From Octopus bimaculoides (Eukaryota): DNA of 64,000 nucleotides. Position 1 is the stretch's first letter. Each line of letters begins with the position of its first letter. Both the position numbers and the translations under genes were made by a program. The notes below the pieces were generated by a model, which saw only the letters and a list, made by a program, of their open reading frames with translations, was not told the DNA's origin and did not search any database. The stretch is taken from the NCBI RefSeq assembly GCF_001194135.2, contig NC_068983.1, positions 163,925,968-163,989,967 on the forward strand. Direction: 5' to 3'. This document shows, piece after piece, positions 62,221 through 64,000 of the stretch.

Positions 62221-63585
62221 GAACACCTATCCCCAGTACTTGATTAGTAATTACTACAATTATTATTATTTTTTTACTGCCCCGAAATAATGAGAGACAA
62301 ATTTGACATCGACAAGATTTGAATTAAGAACATAAGCAGCCGTGACTAAATACCAATGCTCTAACGAAACTGCCAAACCATCGCTCTTGTGCCGTACTAA
62401 ATAATGTGAAATACATTAGTCTGGCACCATTCAGTTTCTACTTAGAATTATGACATGTAGACGGAAAAGAGGAAATTATGACATACAGAAAGAGAAAAAA
62501 CAACAAAAAATTCATTAAGTTTATTATGTTTCCGCTTCCTTGACCTCGATATCATTTTTATTCTTATTCCTTATCTTTTTTTTTCTTTATCATTTTATTT
62601 GTTTGCATTCTGTTCTCAAATATTTAAATAACTAATTCTGTCTAAGGGATATTTGTTCTTATTCGGTCGGGATGACTGGATAAGTTTGGCGTTATCTTTT
62701 CGAATTCTGGTGAGTGAATAAATAGTGGAAAGACACGTGAGTAGAGATTCTTCCAGACGGAGACATTTCTAAAAGGGAGAAAGGCTAGAGAAAATAGCCA
62801 GGTGTGAACTTAGGTAAGACTAAGAAAGGAATAAATGAAAGTTTGATATGGTCAGAGGAACTGAAGTTGAATGCAATTAAGGTTTAAACTGCATACATAA
62901 GTAAGAAATTAATACATACATTTGTGTGTATGTGTAAACGATCTTGTTAAATGGAGAGTTCGGTGCAGTTTCAATCCCGAATTGAAGCCAATATTAATTT
63001 TGATTTTATTAATTAATATTAATTTTTCTACTATTCTTTCAAATACTATTTAGATCTTTGTGTCTATTTGAATGACTTTACAATAGAAGCCTTCTACCGA
63101 TAAACTTGCCAGCCACACATCCTTTATATTTTGATACCAGCTTTTAATTTTTTCTGTACAGCCGCATGTTCAGGCCTTAAAAAGATTCCCAAAGGAATTT
63201 TTTTTCCATATAGTCAAAGAAATTTGCTTTTACTCCAGTAAAACCTAACAGAATTCTTTAAACTCATTGGTATAAACGATATTGATAATTAGAAACCTCT
63301 AAAATCTCAAGTAACCATTAGCAACCGAGAAAACGACCAAAGGAAAGAAGGTTAACAAGGATTTGATGCTAAGGATTTATCGCACCATTATCGAAACACA
63401 AACCTTTTGATGACACGATACATCTAGAAATGAAATATAAAGTTTCTGTTTTACGAGTTTTAATTTTTGTTAGCATCATTCAATGCTTCATTAAAAATAA
63501 TCAATGTCTATATCCCGGAAAGACCGACTTTCCAAACTTTTAAACGTTTATATTTAAAGTAAATGTACAATTCCTTTAATTTCAG

Positions 63586-63804
63586 CTCAAAATTGTGAAG
63601 ATGATTTGGACTGCCGCAGCGGACGTGTTTGTAAAAGTTCTACTTGTGTGTGTGCCGACGAAGATTATTGTTGGGGTCTCAGTAAACCAGTATGTGGCTC
63701 CGATGGTACCCTGTACCCAAGCCATTGTGAATTGCATCGGGTCGCTTGCGTTATCGAGAAGCATATCAAAGTTGATCCAAAAGGAACTTGTCTTCATGGC
63801 ATCC
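63586..63804 (+). CDS. Coding exon: follistatin domain (FOLN + Kazal) of a follistatin-related protein, FSTL1/4/5-like
   Basis: Acceptor ttcctttaatttcAG|CT and donor ATCC|GTAAGT; 219 nt, phase 1-1. Peptide QNCEDDLDCRSGRVCKSSTCVCADEDYCWGLSKPVCGSDGTLYPSHCELHRVACVIEKHIKVDPKGTCLHGI has the 10-Cys follistatin pattern and the PVCGSDG..Y..HCELHR.AC motif typical of FSTL1-type proteins. Orthology is not resolvable from one domain. Confidence 0.93.
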
Positions 63805-63832
63805 GTAAGTATTTATATGTATTATATATATA

Positions 63833-64000
63833 GTGGAGGCACATGGCCTAACGGTTAGAGCAGCGGACTCGCGGTCGAGGGATCGCGAGTTCGAATCTCA
63901 GACAGGGTGATGTGTGTGTTTATGACCGAAACACCTAAGCTCTACGCGGCTCCGGCAGAAGGTAATGGCGAACTTCTGCTGACTCTTTCTTCACTACTTT
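63833..64000 (+). mobile_element. SINE family A-related copy, cut by the window end
   Basis: GTGGAGGCACATGGCCTAACGGTTAGAGCAGCGGACTCGCGG...GAGTTCGAATCTC; starts 28 bp after the exon donor. Confidence 0.82.

Larger units (their letters stand above)
29246..63585 (+). other. Predicted 34.3-kb GT-AG intron (may hide unrecognised small exons)
   Basis: GTAAGT...TTTCAG boundaries; joining gives in-frame ...KKHH-A-QNCEDD... Confidence 0.65.

Noticed and set aside
4700-64000. tRNA-like sequences with A and B boxes (e.g. 46304-46380, 63833-63900, 5010-5089)
   Set aside because: They continue into shared SINE bodies and lack a clean acceptor stem; they are SINE heads, not tRNA genes.
1-64000. CRISPR array, rRNA, operon-like or prokaryotic systems
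   Set aside because: No regularly spaced repeat-spacer array, no rRNA motifs; the sequence is intron-rich eukaryotic DNA.

Overview
AT-rich, microsatellite- and SINE-dense animal genomic DNA from a gappy assembly (13 N-gaps, most abutting simple repeats). The repeat repertoire looks like an octopus/coleoid cephalopod (inference, not verified). The only host gene I can support is a + strand follistatin-related (FSTL1/4/5-like) gene. A 727-nt low-complexity coding exon (28519-29245) splices in frame across a 34.3-kb intron to a 219-nt exon encoding a 10-cysteine follistatin (FOLN+Kazal) domain (63586-63804). A weak candidate upstream exon lies at 12727-12884, and the gene continues beyond the window. 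The rest is intronic or intergenic and filled with: tRNA-headed SINEs (window-local labels A, B, C, D, G); 5'-truncated restriction-like-endonuclease (R4/Dong-like) LINEs sitting in microsatellites; RTE and L2/CR1-like remnants; a near-complete dead Tc1 with ~210-bp IR/DR ends; mariner remnants; and MITEs. The most unusual signal is a dispersed ~170-bp element (label E) carrying a Penelope/retrozyme-type minimal hammerhead-ribozyme fold with a non-canonical core (CUGUYGA). Most ORFs in the supplied track are microsatellite or N-gap artefacts. Repeat boundaries were set by eye and are approximate to about 10-20 bp.
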